Shown: positions 28,390 through 38,872 of the stretch, one piece after another | Numbering within the stretch: the stretch's first letter is position 1 | Layout of the letters: each line of letters begins with the position of its first letter | NCBI GenBank assembly: GCA_963701855.1 | Contig: CAVPBK010000006.1 | Span: forward strand, 288,001 to 352,000 | Length of the DNA: 64,000 bases | Direction: 5' to 3' | Source: Nitrospirota bacterium | GTDB lineage: Bacteria; Nitrospirota; Nitrospiria; Nitrospirales; Nitrospiraceae | The notes under the pieces: generated by a model | What the model saw: the letters and a program-made list of their open reading frames with translations, nothing else | Databases searched by the model: none | What the model was told of the DNA's origin: nothing | Translations under genes and position numbers: made by a program

Positions 28390-29628
28390 CTATGCTTGCC
28401 CTCTATCTCTCCCGATATCCAGAATGAGATCACAAATCGACCCGGAAGTTTGGCGCAATGAACTCGCGGACCCAACGCATTCCTCCCGAAGCTCGACAGG
28501 CAGGTTCAGCCCTGATTCAATCCCCCGAACAAGTTCATCCACCGTTCGATTTTCAAGAAGGAATCCTGATCGACCGTCGTGGATTACAAATGGTGCAATC
28601 CCAACACGAGTGCTAACCACCGGTGTTCCGCAGGCCAGCGACTCCAAAATCGTAAAGCACAGGCTTTCCTGCTCCGACGCGACAACAGTCAAAGCAGCAC
28701 TGTTGTATAGCACCGGCAATTCCTCATGAGGAATCCTGCCTAGAAAGCGAACACAGGTGCCAAGATTTACTGCTTCGACTTGTTTGCGAAGCGAGTCCTC
28801 TTCTTCACCATTTCCGGCAACCAATAAGAAAATATCAGACCTCATACGCCTCAAGCGCATCACCGCCTCAATGATCAGGTGGACTCCCTTCAGTCGAGTC
28901 AACCTCCCGACATAGAGCAACACCCTGCCACCTTGAGGAATGCCGTATCGATTCTTTGTAGCGCTCCGAACCTCCGGTGAAATAGGCTTGAACAGCTCCG
29001 CATCCGCCATCCCCCAAAACAAGTGGATATCCTGAGCCCTTGCAGGCCACCGGGTACGATAAGCCTCGTAACATTGTTGGTCTATACAGACAAACTGACC
29101 CGCACAGGAGCCAATCTGATTGATCATAGTTGTGTAGAGCCTCCTGAATGCCGATGTTCGACAAATCCAGTACCTGGAATACTGTGCCCCCCACTCTTCG
29201 GTACCGTGCGCGTGGTAAACGATGCGTGCCTGCTGAGCCGGCATGAGAGGATATAATTCAGGGGCGTGCAGGTAGAGAACGTCAAACGACCGTTGTGTCA
29301 CAAGGTACCGATTGCGCAGGCATGACCAAAACATCTTGGCCCTGAGAGGAATGAGTGGACGATGACCATTCACCTCCATCTCAGTCAACTTGCACAAAGG
29401 GATAAACGGATAAGACACACCATGGATGGTTCGCCTATACACATTGCCAACAGTTTCGCCTTGTCTCCAGCACAGACCAAATAAGGTAATGTTAAAAGGA
29501 TAATCCTTTGTGGACTTCAGAATATTCTTGACAGCCGTCAACATACCTCCGGTAGGCCGCTCCTCAAAGTCGCTAGGCAAGATAACAGCTACGTTAACCA
29601 GGGAGGATATAGACTTCGTCAACTTCAT
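28390..29628 (-). CDS. Glycosyltransferase family 4
   Basis: LYVGRLTRLKG, AGNG, FLGRI, ESLCFTILESLACGTPVV. Start taken at MKLTKS. Confidence 0.9.
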   Translation of the reverse strand: MKLTKSISSLVNVAVILPSDFEERPTGGMLTAVKNILKSTKDYPFNITLFGLCWRQGETVGNVYRRTIHGVSYPFIPLCKLTEMEVNGHRPLIPLRAKMFWSCLRNRYLVTQRSFDVLYLHAPELYPLMPAQQARIVYHAHGTEEWGAQYSRYWICRTSAFRRLYTTMINQIGSCAGQFVCIDQQCYEAYRTRWPARAQDIHLFWGMADAELFKPISPEVRSATKNRYGIPQGGRVLLYVGRLTRLKGVHLIIEAVMRLRRMRSDIFLLVAGNGEEEDSLRKQVEAVNLGTCVRFLGRIPHEELPVLYNSAALTVVASEQESLCFTILESLACGTPVVSTRVGIAPFVIHDGRSGFLLENRTVDELVRGIESGLNLPVELREECVGSASSLRQTSGSICDLILDIGRDRGQA

Positions 29629-29938
29629 ACACTCGCTCAAGTAAATCTGATTATGATCCTGGTGCAAGCAAACCCAGATAAAACACAATGTCCTTGCACA
29701 CTTTTGTCCAAAGGATACGAATCGCGGTGTCTGAACGAAGAGCTATCACTTCAAGCCATCATCGGAATACATAACCTTCGTGGTAATTTCTTTCGTTTGC
29801 CCACAAACTAAGAAATCCTTCCCTCTTTCCCTCAAACCCTGGAGCGATCTCTTCAGAAGAGAATTCAATCTCATAGATTTTGTCTCCGTGAAAACACTTC
29901 TCGATCCCTCTTTTTAGCAGGGGGGCCTGCATCGTGCG

Positions 29939-31483
29939 TTAAGTGAATTGGTTGAACCGACGCTTCAATTGAAGCAGAACGGCCCTGTCCCCCTCATGAA
30001 GCCCAAGGGCAAAAAGGAAACCGACATAAGACAGAATGAAGAACCCAAGCAGCACGGCAATATGAGACAATAAAGGCATATACCTAACGGTTAAGACAAG
30101 CAATAAGGCAGCTGCTCCTGCTGCCAATGGCTTGTAGATGGTCGAGTCAAAAGGCCAGATGTCGAGAATATGATGAACCTGAACAGTGCGTAAGATGACG
30201 GTCAGCACAAGGCTGGCGCTGGTCGCAAAAGTAGCCCCAATGATTCCGTAGGAGGGGATCAAAATGAGATAGAGTCCGATCTGAACAGCGGAGACTGCGA
30301 TGCTGTTCCACATAACGAGTTTCGAATGTCCGGCCCATAACAACATGCCGTGGCTGCATCCCGTGACCGAATAGAGAAATTGTCCGACCGCAAGAATGAT
30401 GAGACAGACAGCCCCGGATTCGAAGCGGTTCCCGAACAGACTCATGATGTCCTTCGCGAACACCGCCATAACGATGCAGAGAGGAAGCGTTCCCGTCACA
30501 GTCCAACGTAGCACCGTTCCTGTCAGTGAGCGGATCTGGCTTGGATCGTTTTTCGATATGCTCTCCGAGAGGAACGGGGTCGCGATGGATTCTAATGTCC
30601 CTAGCACCAGAGCCATAATGGCGGAGGTCTGGAAGGCTGCACTGTAGATGCCAACATCCTCCATTGAAGACCAAAAGCCGAGGAGGAGGACATCAGATCG
30701 TGTGGCAAGACCGTTAAAGACCAGCCCACCGAGCAGGGGCAGGGAGTACCGTAACACGTCCCGGTAGGCGATGCCGGAAGGACGTGCATCGCTCCCATTC
30801 GACAATAGACGGTGCAAAGGCAAGATGGCGAATATCGTCGTCAGGCCCAACGCGACAGGAAGAGCCACTAACGCTGACATCAGACCCCAACCCCACCATA
30901 CGAGAACCAGCGTGACTGCAACCTTCACGACCGGTTCGCACAAATATTTAACGGAAGTTCGCCAGCGAACCTCTCGAAAGGCCTGCAGTACTGCTAGAGA
31001 AACTGTTGAAACAACTAGCAGTGGAATGGAAAGGGCGAAGAGCTTCAGTACACTCGATGCTTCGTCATTGTGGAAGAAACGGGTGGCGAGCGTGTCGGAA
31101 CTCAACAGCAAGGCCGCGGCAGATAGGATGCCGAGACCTGCGGCCAGAACCAGAGCCGCTCGAATGATTCTCCCGATTCCGGCAGCATCACTCTGAACGC
31201 GCAGCGTCGGGACAAACCTAAGAACAGCGGTGTCGAGGCCGGCCAAGGCAATGACGGACAGGAGGTTGAAGCAACCGAGCCCGAGCGCATAAAATCCGAA
31301 CTGTTCGGGACCCAGCACCCTGGCCAGGATAATTGCATAAAGATAGTTGAGGCCAAGCCCTAAGAAGGTAACGACAAAAAGCATCGCGGATCCCCCAGCG
31401 ATCCTGGCCAATGCCTGATCGGAAGGTAACCGCGAAGTGTTTATCTCAATACGTGGTATGCCGATGCCAAGATCAAGAGCCAT
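29939..31483 (-). CDS. wzx: Polysaccharide flippase
   Basis: About 14 hydrophobic segments; LARVLGPEQFG, DVLLLGFW..VGIYSAA, LIPSYGIIGA. Confidence 0.9.
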   Translation of the reverse strand: MALDLGIGIPRIEINTSRLPSDQALARIAGGSAMLFVVTFLGLGLNYLYAIILARVLGPEQFGFYALGLGCFNLLSVIALAGLDTAVLRFVPTLRVQSDAAGIGRIIRAALVLAAGLGILSAAALLLSSDTLATRFFHNDEASSVLKLFALSIPLLVVSTVSLAVLQAFREVRWRTSVKYLCEPVVKVAVTLVLVWWGWGLMSALVALPVALGLTTIFAILPLHRLLSNGSDARPSGIAYRDVLRYSLPLLGGLVFNGLATRSDVLLLGFWSSMEDVGIYSAAFQTSAIMALVLGTLESIATPFLSESISKNDPSQIRSLTGTVLRWTVTGTLPLCIVMAVFAKDIMSLFGNRFESGAVCLIILAVGQFLYSVTGCSHGMLLWAGHSKLVMWNSIAVSAVQIGLYLILIPSYGIIGATFATSASLVLTVILRTVQVHHILDIWPFDSTIYKPLAAGAAALLLVLTVRYMPLLSHIAVLLGFFILSYVGFLFALGLHEGDRAVLLQLKRRFNQFT

Positions 31484-31493
31484 GATCGAGTTC

Positions 31494-32612
31494 TTACTTC
31501 GCCTCTATACCCATTGGAGTGGCTGGCGGCTTAAACGGACCGGCCTTGACTGCTGCGATCTGCTCGTCTGATAGCCACTTGTACTCATAGACCCCGACCC
31601 CACTCTGCGGCCAACTCCGTAGAATAGTGCTAATTGTCTCGGCGAACCACTTCCCATCGCGCGAGTAATACTTGCCAGGGATCCGCATTTCATCGCTGGT
31701 GGACACATTAGAGATAACGATGGTCAATGCATCAGAATTTTTCAAAAGCCCGCGAATCTTGTCCGTCAACTTGACATCAATGTCCCGGTAGTAGGCCATC
31801 CGACAGAGCACGTCCACCAGTCCCTTGTTCACCCAGTCGATACTGTTCTGTCCCTGATCCGTGCCGGCAATGAGCGGGATCACGTCCGCGCTGATTACGA
31901 TATTAGGTTTGATGGCCCGAACTCGCTGTGCGATTTCCTCCACCAGTGCAGCGACGTCCGACTCCTGATACTCGACCAGCGTCGGCACTCGTCCAAACGT
32001 CAGCTTGAATTGGGCGGTGTCCAGTAGAAGGTTGCGGTCGTATCTCGCTGCATAGTCGGCTTTGCAGAAGTCGCTCGTGCACAGCCCAACTGCTCTTACA
32101 TAATCGAGATTAATTCCATCCACGTCATACTGGCTCACGACCTCCGCAATTAGATTCGCCATTAAATGTCGAAACTCCGGCATGTGGACATCAAATGCTC
32201 GTTCGGGAGTGCCGGGTGAAGCGTATTGTGGGAGGAAGCTTCCTTCTCGCAGGGTCAGAGTAAACCAGGGGTGTACCTCGATCCCCATTTCGTGAGCCCG
32301 GTCGATGAGATACTTCAGCGGATCAAAACCCTGCTTCGGCTGGGCTTTGAGCCAGTAATCCCATTCGGCATATGTCGACGGCCACGTGGTGCCCCTTCCG
32401 TGCCAGACCACTGGGCTAAAAGCATTAAAGCCCGCGGTTTTGATTCTCATGAGTAACTCATCCGTTCCTTGCTTGGTCGTCCAGGCAGACACGTCCTCCT
32501 CAAAGATTATTTTCTTGCCGGCAAATGTTTTGCCCGACGCGAGAGCATGATCGACTGAGAAAGTCAGTCCAAACACCAGTAGATACGCGAACAAGAGTAG
32601 ACGGACAAACAT
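31494..32612 (-). CDS. Glycoside hydrolase-like family 10 (GHL10) protein, secreted
   Basis: Signal peptide; FDPLKYLIDRAHEMGIEVHPWF, YDVDGINLDYVR. Confidence 0.85.
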   Translation of the reverse strand: MFVRLLLFAYLLVFGLTFSVDHALASGKTFAGKKIIFEEDVSAWTTKQGTDELLMRIKTAGFNAFSPVVWHGRGTTWPSTYAEWDYWLKAQPKQGFDPLKYLIDRAHEMGIEVHPWFTLTLREGSFLPQYASPGTPERAFDVHMPEFRHLMANLIAEVVSQYDVDGINLDYVRAVGLCTSDFCKADYAARYDRNLLLDTAQFKLTFGRVPTLVEYQESDVAALVEEIAQRVRAIKPNIVISADVIPLIAGTDQGQNSIDWVNKGLVDVLCRMAYYRDIDVKLTDKIRGLLKNSDALTIVISNVSTSDEMRIPGKYYSRDGKWFAETISTILRSWPQSGVGVYEYKWLSDEQIAAVKAGPFKPPATPMGIEAK

Positions 32613-32620
32613 GTTGAATC

Positions 32621-33982
32621 TCACCTTTGGTCTGACAGAAGTGGGAATCGGCGCTCAACGACGGCCTCTCTGAGCGGAGCTTCATGGGGAGCGTCCCCCT
32701 GGCCAAGAACTGCTTCCCTCAATGGTTCCTCACTCGCTGCATCGGCGCGCATTCTCAAACTCATGCCAATCACCCCCCATATAAGCCACTGTTCCGCTGG
32801 GTAGGCGCTCGGGACAAGCCCAATCGCATCGATCAGCCACATGAGGAACATCATCAATGCTGCAACGGCCATTTCATCCGCCTTGGCGAGCAGATTTCTG
32901 ACGATCCTGACACCGATAACGATCAACAATGAGAGGTACATCGCCAGGCCCACGATCCCTCCATGAAACAGCATTTGAAGAAAATCGTTGTGTGCCCCAA
33001 TCGCGAGTTTTCCGCTGCTGAACAGTTGGCTCATTGGGGGAAGACGTTCCCATTCGGCCATCATTTCCATCCACCCGAACCAACGTCCCTGAAACGTCAT
33101 CTTCCCTTCGACCTTTCCTGAAACGAAGCCGAGTTCCTTGTTAAAGAGCGTCCCGATCTGGTCCATGAGATCGCCAGCGTAATACGTCGTGATCAGCAAG
33201 CCCGCGATGCCGAGCAGCGCGAGCACGGCAAACTGTCGCCGGAGGATCGTCCAGCACAACACCCACAGAGCGAAGGTCAGCAGCGCGGCCTTGCTGTACA
33301 CCCTCACCATGACCACAGTGGAGATAGCCAAGTACCCCATCGTCATGACTTTCAGCGGAATGTTTCTTGTCTTGACGTACAAGGCCGAATAGAGCAGCAA
33401 TCCGAAAATGGTTTGAAGCGCATAGGTACGCATGTTGACGCCGTCGTGCCAGATACCGATGTTCCGCACAAGCCCTTCGGCTTGTGCCTCACGCCACTGG
33501 AATCCCGTCAGAGCCTGATACAATCCAAGGCTCATTGGAAGCAATCCGCCAAGGATCAAAGCCCAAAGGAACCACTTGAACCGATGACCCTGACGGAAAA
33601 AAGCCTGAAGGAAGTAAAATCCGATGATCCCATTAATGTATCGCAAAAATATGTTCGCCCCTGTTTTCGGTTCATCGCTGTACGCAATAATCATCGAAAA
33701 AAATACAATATAGATGGAATATGCTATCCATATTCCTTTGAGCGGCATCCTCATCAAAGACTTGTCATTTCTGGCCAGTGCCATGTGTGCCAGTAAGATA
33801 AATGTAATGAGCACGGAGTAGACTTCGGTTTGCCGGAGTCCGAATAGAAGCTCAAGGTCCCAAGAGGCGTCAATGAACGGTTTTGCGATGAACACCGCCA
33901 CCATGCCGACGGCTGGGCTCATGACAAGGCACAGAATCGAGATCAGACCCAAACCCAAGGCTATGTGAGGGAGCATTTCCAT
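32621..33982 (-). CDS. O-antigen ligase/polymerase (Wzy-like) membrane protein
   Basis: Multi-TM; GR..GW, GAHNDFLQMLFHGGIVGL. Start taken at MEMLPH because the upstream part of the ORF belongs to a GNAT remnant. Confidence 0.85.
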   Translation of the reverse strand: MEMLPHIALGLGLISILCLVMSPAVGMVAVFIAKPFIDASWDLELLFGLRQTEVYSVLITFILLAHMALARNDKSLMRMPLKGIWIAYSIYIVFFSMIIAYSDEPKTGANIFLRYINGIIGFYFLQAFFRQGHRFKWFLWALILGGLLPMSLGLYQALTGFQWREAQAEGLVRNIGIWHDGVNMRTYALQTIFGLLLYSALYVKTRNIPLKVMTMGYLAISTVVMVRVYSKAALLTFALWVLCWTILRRQFAVLALLGIAGLLITTYYAGDLMDQIGTLFNKELGFVSGKVEGKMTFQGRWFGWMEMMAEWERLPPMSQLFSSGKLAIGAHNDFLQMLFHGGIVGLAMYLSLLIVIGVRIVRNLLAKADEMAVAALMMFLMWLIDAIGLVPSAYPAEQWLIWGVIGMSLRMRADAASEEPLREAVLGQGDAPHEAPLREAVVERRFPLLSDQR

Positions 33983-33990
33983 GGAAATTC

Positions 33991-34280
33991 TTATGACACC
34001 CGAATACCGCGCACTTGCAAGCTGGCCATTCCTACTGCGCGATCGCCGCTGAACGCCAGCCACACCGCGCGTCTTGAGTTGTCCAGATCCAGTCCGCTCA
34101 CCTCCGCTGATATCGTCTCGTCACTTTGCCGGCGCACAGCAAACAGTGCTCATGCCGGACTCCCTTCGGATCGCTCGGTTCTTCTACCAACGAGGCAATC
34201 GCAAGTGGCCCCTTCGTACACCGATCTCGGCATACTCCCAGAGAGATTCTATTCACGCCTTCTTACTTCCTTACGGCCAA
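33991..34280 (-). pseudogene. Decayed 5' duplicate of the GNAT gene at 39911-41080
   Basis: Translates as LFAVRRQSDETISAEVSGLDLDNSRRAVWLAFSGDRAVGMASLQVRGIRVS*, against intact LFAVRRQAEEATSSDARGPELDRAGRILWLALDGDRAVGMTSVQERQLRVG; early stop and frameshift. Confidence 0.85.
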
Positions 34281-34290
34281 ACACATCGAG

Positions 34291-34355
34291 ATTCTACCGT
34301 TTTGCCCGGGAGCAATGGCAACGGGCATCTCAAGCCTCGGTTAACAAATTGTTAA
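34291..34355 (-). promoter_or_regulatory. 11-bp-periodic box and -10 heading the wzy-GHL10-wzx-GT operon
   Basis: Minus strand TTAACA, TTAACC, TTGAGA, GTTGCC, then TAGAAT; homologous to 41133-41198. Confidence 0.65.
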
Positions 34356-35163
34356 GAAAGAAATGACTTATAATGTATGGTGGGTATGTATCCGACAGGA
34401 CCGAGGCTAGAGAAACTTTGAGAACTCAATGAGAGGCCAAGTTCTAACACATTGATGTACCATCGATAACCACAACTGCACACCGGTGAGGTCTGGTGTG
34501 CCGCTCTGTCGGCTCGCTTACATATACCTTCTACCTGGCTAGGAACGAGCCTTCCCCTCAGGCCAGGGAGACCAGAACGGGAGCGATTCTACTCCCGGTT
34601 CGGCCCCAGGTCCTGAATCCCTAGGTGATCTGGACGTTCTGCGAGGAAGGGCGTGAGGATCGCATTCGTAGTTTTCTCTACAGGGACTCGTCATTATTGC
34701 TCCTGTCTCATAATTAACATGGAATTGACCGTTTTAAGATATCGCTTGTAACCAGGAATGAGAATATTCACTTGATCTCGCTTCCTAATCTCAAGGCATA
34801 CCGTGCTCATCGAGTCCTTGCTAAAAGGATTCTGTTGAATGCAAACAGAAATCAGTTTTGGTGAATACACAGGAAGAGAGTGAAGAGAAAGAGAGATGGT
34901 GCGCAAATCTTTGAAGTTCAGCTTTCTACTTTAGGCATTCATCCTGACCAACATGTTCGTGGCTTCCCCCTGGGCTTGGAGGAGCTGGCCCGGATGGCCG
35001 GTTCTGTATTCCATAGGAAACAGGCCTCAAGCGCAGGCAGAGAAATGCGCGTCTTCGGCCTGTCGAACGGCATTAGCAAGACCGAACTCTGCACATCGAC
35101 CACGAGCACGAGTACGGCGGATGGCAACTCGCCGCAAGTTCGCGTGCATGCCTGGAGGTAGAT

Positions 35164-36117
35164 ATGAAGACACTGCTTCTCATGATGACAGCCTGCTTGG
35201 TACTCCTGGTGAACGATTCTGTGGAGGCCGATCCATCCAACGGTATAATAGAGAGTACCAGTGGGGTGCCCACGACGGCAACGGATGGCTTCAACAAAGG
35301 CTTTTTCCCGGATAATACCGACTCCATCCCAAACCCCAGCTTCATCAAGTGTGCTGGTGGAGACATGGGGAGTCAAGCGGGGGGAGGCTATAACTGTTTG
35401 ATCCAAGTGGATCAAAGTGATCAGCAAGGCTATGCCTTTGGTATTTTCATGAAGAACGGAACTCAAGATGCGTTTCCCTATTTCCGAGTACGGAAAACCG
35501 GGGCAACGATCATGGATGCGTTCAACAATCAACCGAACTATGTGAACACTTTTTACTATACGCCCTATGTCTTCGGTGATCCCACTGACACGTACGAAGA
35601 AGCCTGTACGGTCTGCTTAACGACCAACCAAAATATCACGGCACAAAACACGAGTTCCGTCCTCGCGATCTACGGCACACCCACAAATATCTTTCCGAAC
35701 GTGCTTCCCTTACAGCGCGCCTATGGACACACCACCGCGAATAGTAGCACGGGCAGGCAGGTCGGCACGCTCGTGTATCAAATGGGCGATGAGGGCCATG
35801 TCCATTACGGTGGAGCCTATGGGTCTGGCTCATTAGCGGTATCTAGTTGTGGCACAGGGTCTCCCACAATTGCTGGGGCTGATGGTGCGTTTGTCATTAC
35901 GCTTGGCACCGGCACCCCAGTAGCCTGTACCGTGTCGTTTCATGCTACCTGGACGAGCGCCGATCTCACATGTAGCTTCATTTCGGAAAGCGACTTAGTC
36001 AACTGGAAGTTTGCCAAAGTGGGCAACGCCAAAGCCTGGACAGCTGTGACCCTCACGGCGAGTGCGCCTTTGACCAACGGGAGCAAGATTCATGGCCTCT
36101 GTGTGGGGCATCTCTAA
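35164..36117 (+). CDS. Hypothetical secreted protein, Gly/Thr/Ser-rich with several Cys
   Basis: GGAGG RBS; signal peptide MKTLLLMMTACLVLLVNDSVEA; 317 aa. Confidence 0.75.
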   Translation: MKTLLLMMTACLVLLVNDSVEADPSNGIIESTSGVPTTATDGFNKGFFPDNTDSIPNPSFIKCAGGDMGSQAGGGYNCLIQVDQSDQQGYAFGIFMKNGTQDAFPYFRVRKTGATIMDAFNNQPNYVNTFYYTPYVFGDPTDTYEEACTVCLTTNQNITAQNTSSVLAIYGTPTNIFPNVLPLQRAYGHTTANSSTGRQVGTLVYQMGDEGHVHYGGAYGSGSLAVSSCGTGSPTIAGADGAFVITLGTGTPVACTVSFHATWTSADLTCSFISESDLVNWKFAKVGNAKAWTAVTLTASAPLTNGSKIHGLCVGHL

Positions 36118-36355
36118 TGATGACACGATTTATCGTTAACTCTGACATCCCCTCTTGATCGAGTTCCACAATACAGGCCTGTCGTGTCAAGCAAGTCTGC
36201 TGGAATTTAAACCAGTGGCCCCGGCTTCAGAGAGTGTTTGTTCGGAAGGATACTATTCGAGGACACGGATGCGCTGCCCACAAGATGACCAGACGCGAAA
36301 ATTGCAAGACAGACCGCGCCGCTCTCGAACGTCGCGCCAAAAAGTTGAAGAAGTT

Positions 36356-37087
36356 TCAACACGTGATTCCTCCATCGATCACCAACACTTGCCCGGTGAT
36401 GAAGCCCGCCTCGGGAGACAGCAGGAAATGGACAGCGCCGACGACATCATCGGGTGTCCCCAGTCGCCCTAACGGTGTCCGCCGGACAATCTGATTGCGC
36501 TGGGTGTCGCCAAGCCCGTGCGTCATCTCGGTCTCGAGATAGCCAGGAGCGATCGAGTTCACCCGGATGTTCCGCGGGCCCAGTTCGCGGGCCAAACCTC
36601 TGGTCATGCCGTCCAGGCCGGCCTTTGTCGCGGAGTAGGCGGCGAGACCTGCATAGCCGCGCAATCCGATGATCGACGAAATGTTGATGATGCTTCCGCG
36701 GGAACGGACGACCATCTGTCTCACCACCAGGCGTGTCAGCAGCAGCGTGCCCGTGAGGTTTACGGCAATCACCTGCTCGATCTGACCAGGCTGCATGGTC
36801 GCAAGCACTCCGTCGGTCGCAATACCGGCATTGTTGATGAGCACGTCAATCGGCCCGCAATCCTTTTCCACGCGCTTGACCACCGAGCCGAGCGAGGCTT
36901 GATCGGACATGTCGCCCTCGAAAAAACTGAAACTCTCACCGTATTTCTCCTTCAGCCGCTCGATTGGCTCTCCCGGGCGCCGGCTGAAGGTCGCCACCCT
37001 GGAGCCCTGGTCCAGGAGGCTTCTCACCATGGCCAGGCCAAGCCCGCGGCTGCCTCCGCTGATGAGCACGACCCCGTCGCCTTTCAT
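36356..37087 (-). CDS. fabG: SDR-family 3-oxoacyl-ACP reductase
   Basis: SGGSRGLG, NNAG, YSATK, VNSIAPG, ITGQVLVIDGG. Confidence 0.88.
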   Translation of the reverse strand: MKGDGVVLISGGSRGLGLAMVRSLLDQGSRVATFSRRPGEPIERLKEKYGESFSFFEGDMSDQASLGSVVKRVEKDCGPIDVLINNAGIATDGVLATMQPGQIEQVIAVNLTGTLLLTRLVVRQMVVRSRGSIINISSIIGLRGYAGLAAYSATKAGLDGMTRGLARELGPRNIRVNSIAPGYLETEMTHGLGDTQRNQIVRRTPLGRLGTPDDVVGAVHFLLSPEAGFITGQVLVIDGGITC

Positions 37088-38445
37088 TCCGCCTCCGACC
37101 GCACGACCTTCATCGCACCGTTGTGCGCGATGGATTCCACCATGCGCAGGAGACGCGGCACTTCGTGCTGAGCAAGCCGGCCGCGCGCAATCCGGTTGAT
37201 TTCTCCGCGCACCACAATCTCATCGCTCCCGCGTGCCAGCACAATGTCCGCCGCGACGAGCTGCCCGACGAGCGAACTGCTTTTGCCGTATACCCGCACG
37301 TCCCCGACCCCCGTGGCCTCGCGCAACACCATCTCAACCGTCGCCGGCATCACCTTTCGCCCTCCCACATTAATGACGTCGGTCTTGCGTCCTTGGAACA
37401 GCACACGGTCTCCATGACGCTCGACGAGATCGCCTGTTGCGACCCATCCATCTGGAGGGACAGCTGTGGGCTGCCCGGAATCGCCCGCTGCCCGTCGATC
37501 GTACCCGAGCATGGCATTGTGTGAGCGTGCCACGAGTTCGCCGTCGACGACTTGCAGTTCGATTCCCTGTTCCGGTGGCCGATCGAGCCATTCGGCGGGA
37601 AAACCCTCACGCTTGTCCGTCACCGAGAGGAGCCGTCCCAGTTCGGTGGAGGCATAGATATGCACGAGCCTGGTCTGCGGGAACAGCCCGGATAACTGAT
37701 CGAGCAACCCTTGGGTGACCGCCTCGCCTCCCATCGTGATCTGTTCGAGTCTGCATTCGCTCAGTTCATCATGGGGCGCAAAGAGCAAGAGCTGCCGCCA
37801 GAAGGTCGGCGTACCTGACGCATGTGTGACCGCGGACTCGCGCATCGTCTGTGCGACGATTGTCGGATCAAGTGAGGACGGCGTCACCAAGGTCGACCAA
37901 TTCAGGAGCGCTTGCAGCATCACCTGCGTGCCGGCATACAAATTGAGCGGATAGGCGCACATCCAGCAGTTCCGCGCGTATCGAGGGTCGCGCCTGACCG
38001 GCGAGGCCAGCGTGATCCAGGTATGATTCGCCGCTTTGGGGCGGCCGGTGGTTCCCGATGTCAGTATGGTCACGACTCCCTCACTGAGAGAACCGGTGTC
38101 GGCAGGAACTGCCGGACCGCTGTGGACCTGCGGGGAGTCAACCAGATTCCACACGATCACGCTCCATTGCAGCCGGTCCGCCAGCTCCATAATCTCTCTG
38201 GGGCTGCGGCTTCCCGCGAGAAACACATGGCAACGCAATGCTTCGAGCGCTGCTACCGCCGGAGCGAACTCCGTGGGTTCGTTGAGCGCGAGTCCGACGC
38301 GGAGCCCTGCAAGCGATCGCCACCTGACCGAAAGCTCATGTACACGGCTGGCAAGCCCCGCATAGGTCACCACCCGATCGCCGGCGATCAGCGCCGCAGC
38401 GTCGCGACGATCTGACGGCACAGCCTGAAGATGTTCAGCCATCAT
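37084..38445 (-). CDS. AMP-binding acyl-CoA/acyl-ACP ligase (ANL superfamily)
   Basis: LTSGTTGRPK, GGE, YASTE, ATGDLV, GRKTDVINVGGRKV. Confidence 0.9.
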   Translation of the reverse strand: MMAEHLQAVPSDRRDAAALIAGDRVVTYAGLASRVHELSVRWRSLAGLRVGLALNEPTEFAPAVAALEALRCHVFLAGSRSPREIMELADRLQWSVIVWNLVDSPQVHSGPAVPADTGSLSEGVVTILTSGTTGRPKAANHTWITLASPVRRDPRYARNCWMCAYPLNLYAGTQVMLQALLNWSTLVTPSSLDPTIVAQTMRESAVTHASGTPTFWRQLLLFAPHDELSECRLEQITMGGEAVTQGLLDQLSGLFPQTRLVHIYASTELGRLLSVTDKREGFPAEWLDRPPEQGIELQVVDGELVARSHNAMLGYDRRAAGDSGQPTAVPPDGWVATGDLVERHGDRVLFQGRKTDVINVGGRKVMPATVEMVLREATGVGDVRVYGKSSSLVGQLVAADIVLARGSDEIVVRGEINRIARGRLAQHEVPRLLRMVESIAHNGAMKVVRSEAE

Positions 38446-38463
38446 TGCCGGATTCCCCAGAAA

Positions 38464-38721
38464 TTACACTACCGCCTTCACGTAGAGATCGATCAGGTCG
38501 GAGACTGTCTTCAACCTGCCGATCGTCCCTTCGGCAAACGGATCGATGCCCGTCTCCAACTCAATCCTGACGACCACGGCTGCCCAATCGAGCGAGTCCA
38601 AGCCGAGGCTGGAATCGACCGGGGAATCGAGTCCAAGCCCCTGCGCGCTCAAATCCTTGGCGACAAGCGTTTCCCCGATGATCTGAAGCATGGCTCGCGT
38701 GAGATCGTCCCTGGATGGCAT
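38464..38721 (-). CDS. Acyl carrier protein
   Basis: LGLDSLD phosphopantetheine site; TVSDLIDL. Confidence 0.88.
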   Translation of the reverse strand: MPSRDDLTRAMLQIIGETLVAKDLSAQGLGLDSPVDSSLGLDSLDWAAVVVRIELETGIDPFAEGTIGRLKTVSDLIDLYVKAVV

Positions 38722-38760
38722 GTTTTCCCCTTTTGTTACGTTGCTCACTCACAGATCCAT

Positions 38761-38872
38761 AGCCCGCATTATTCATGAGGAACAGCGGGACAGGCACCGG
38801 CGGGGACTGTCCCGCAGCGGGACTGTCCCACTTCTCTGCCGGAGCCAGTCCCTGCAATCAGCATGCGGCCAG
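38761..38872. repeat. REP/MITE-like element related to 24471-24730
   Basis: AGCCCGCATTATTCATGA start; GGGACAGGCACC/GGGACTGTCCC/GGAGCCAGTCCC palindromic units. Confidence 0.65.

Noticed and set aside
29740..29875. Small ORF or gene remnant between wzx and GT4
   Set aside because: About 42 codons with no recognisable similarity.
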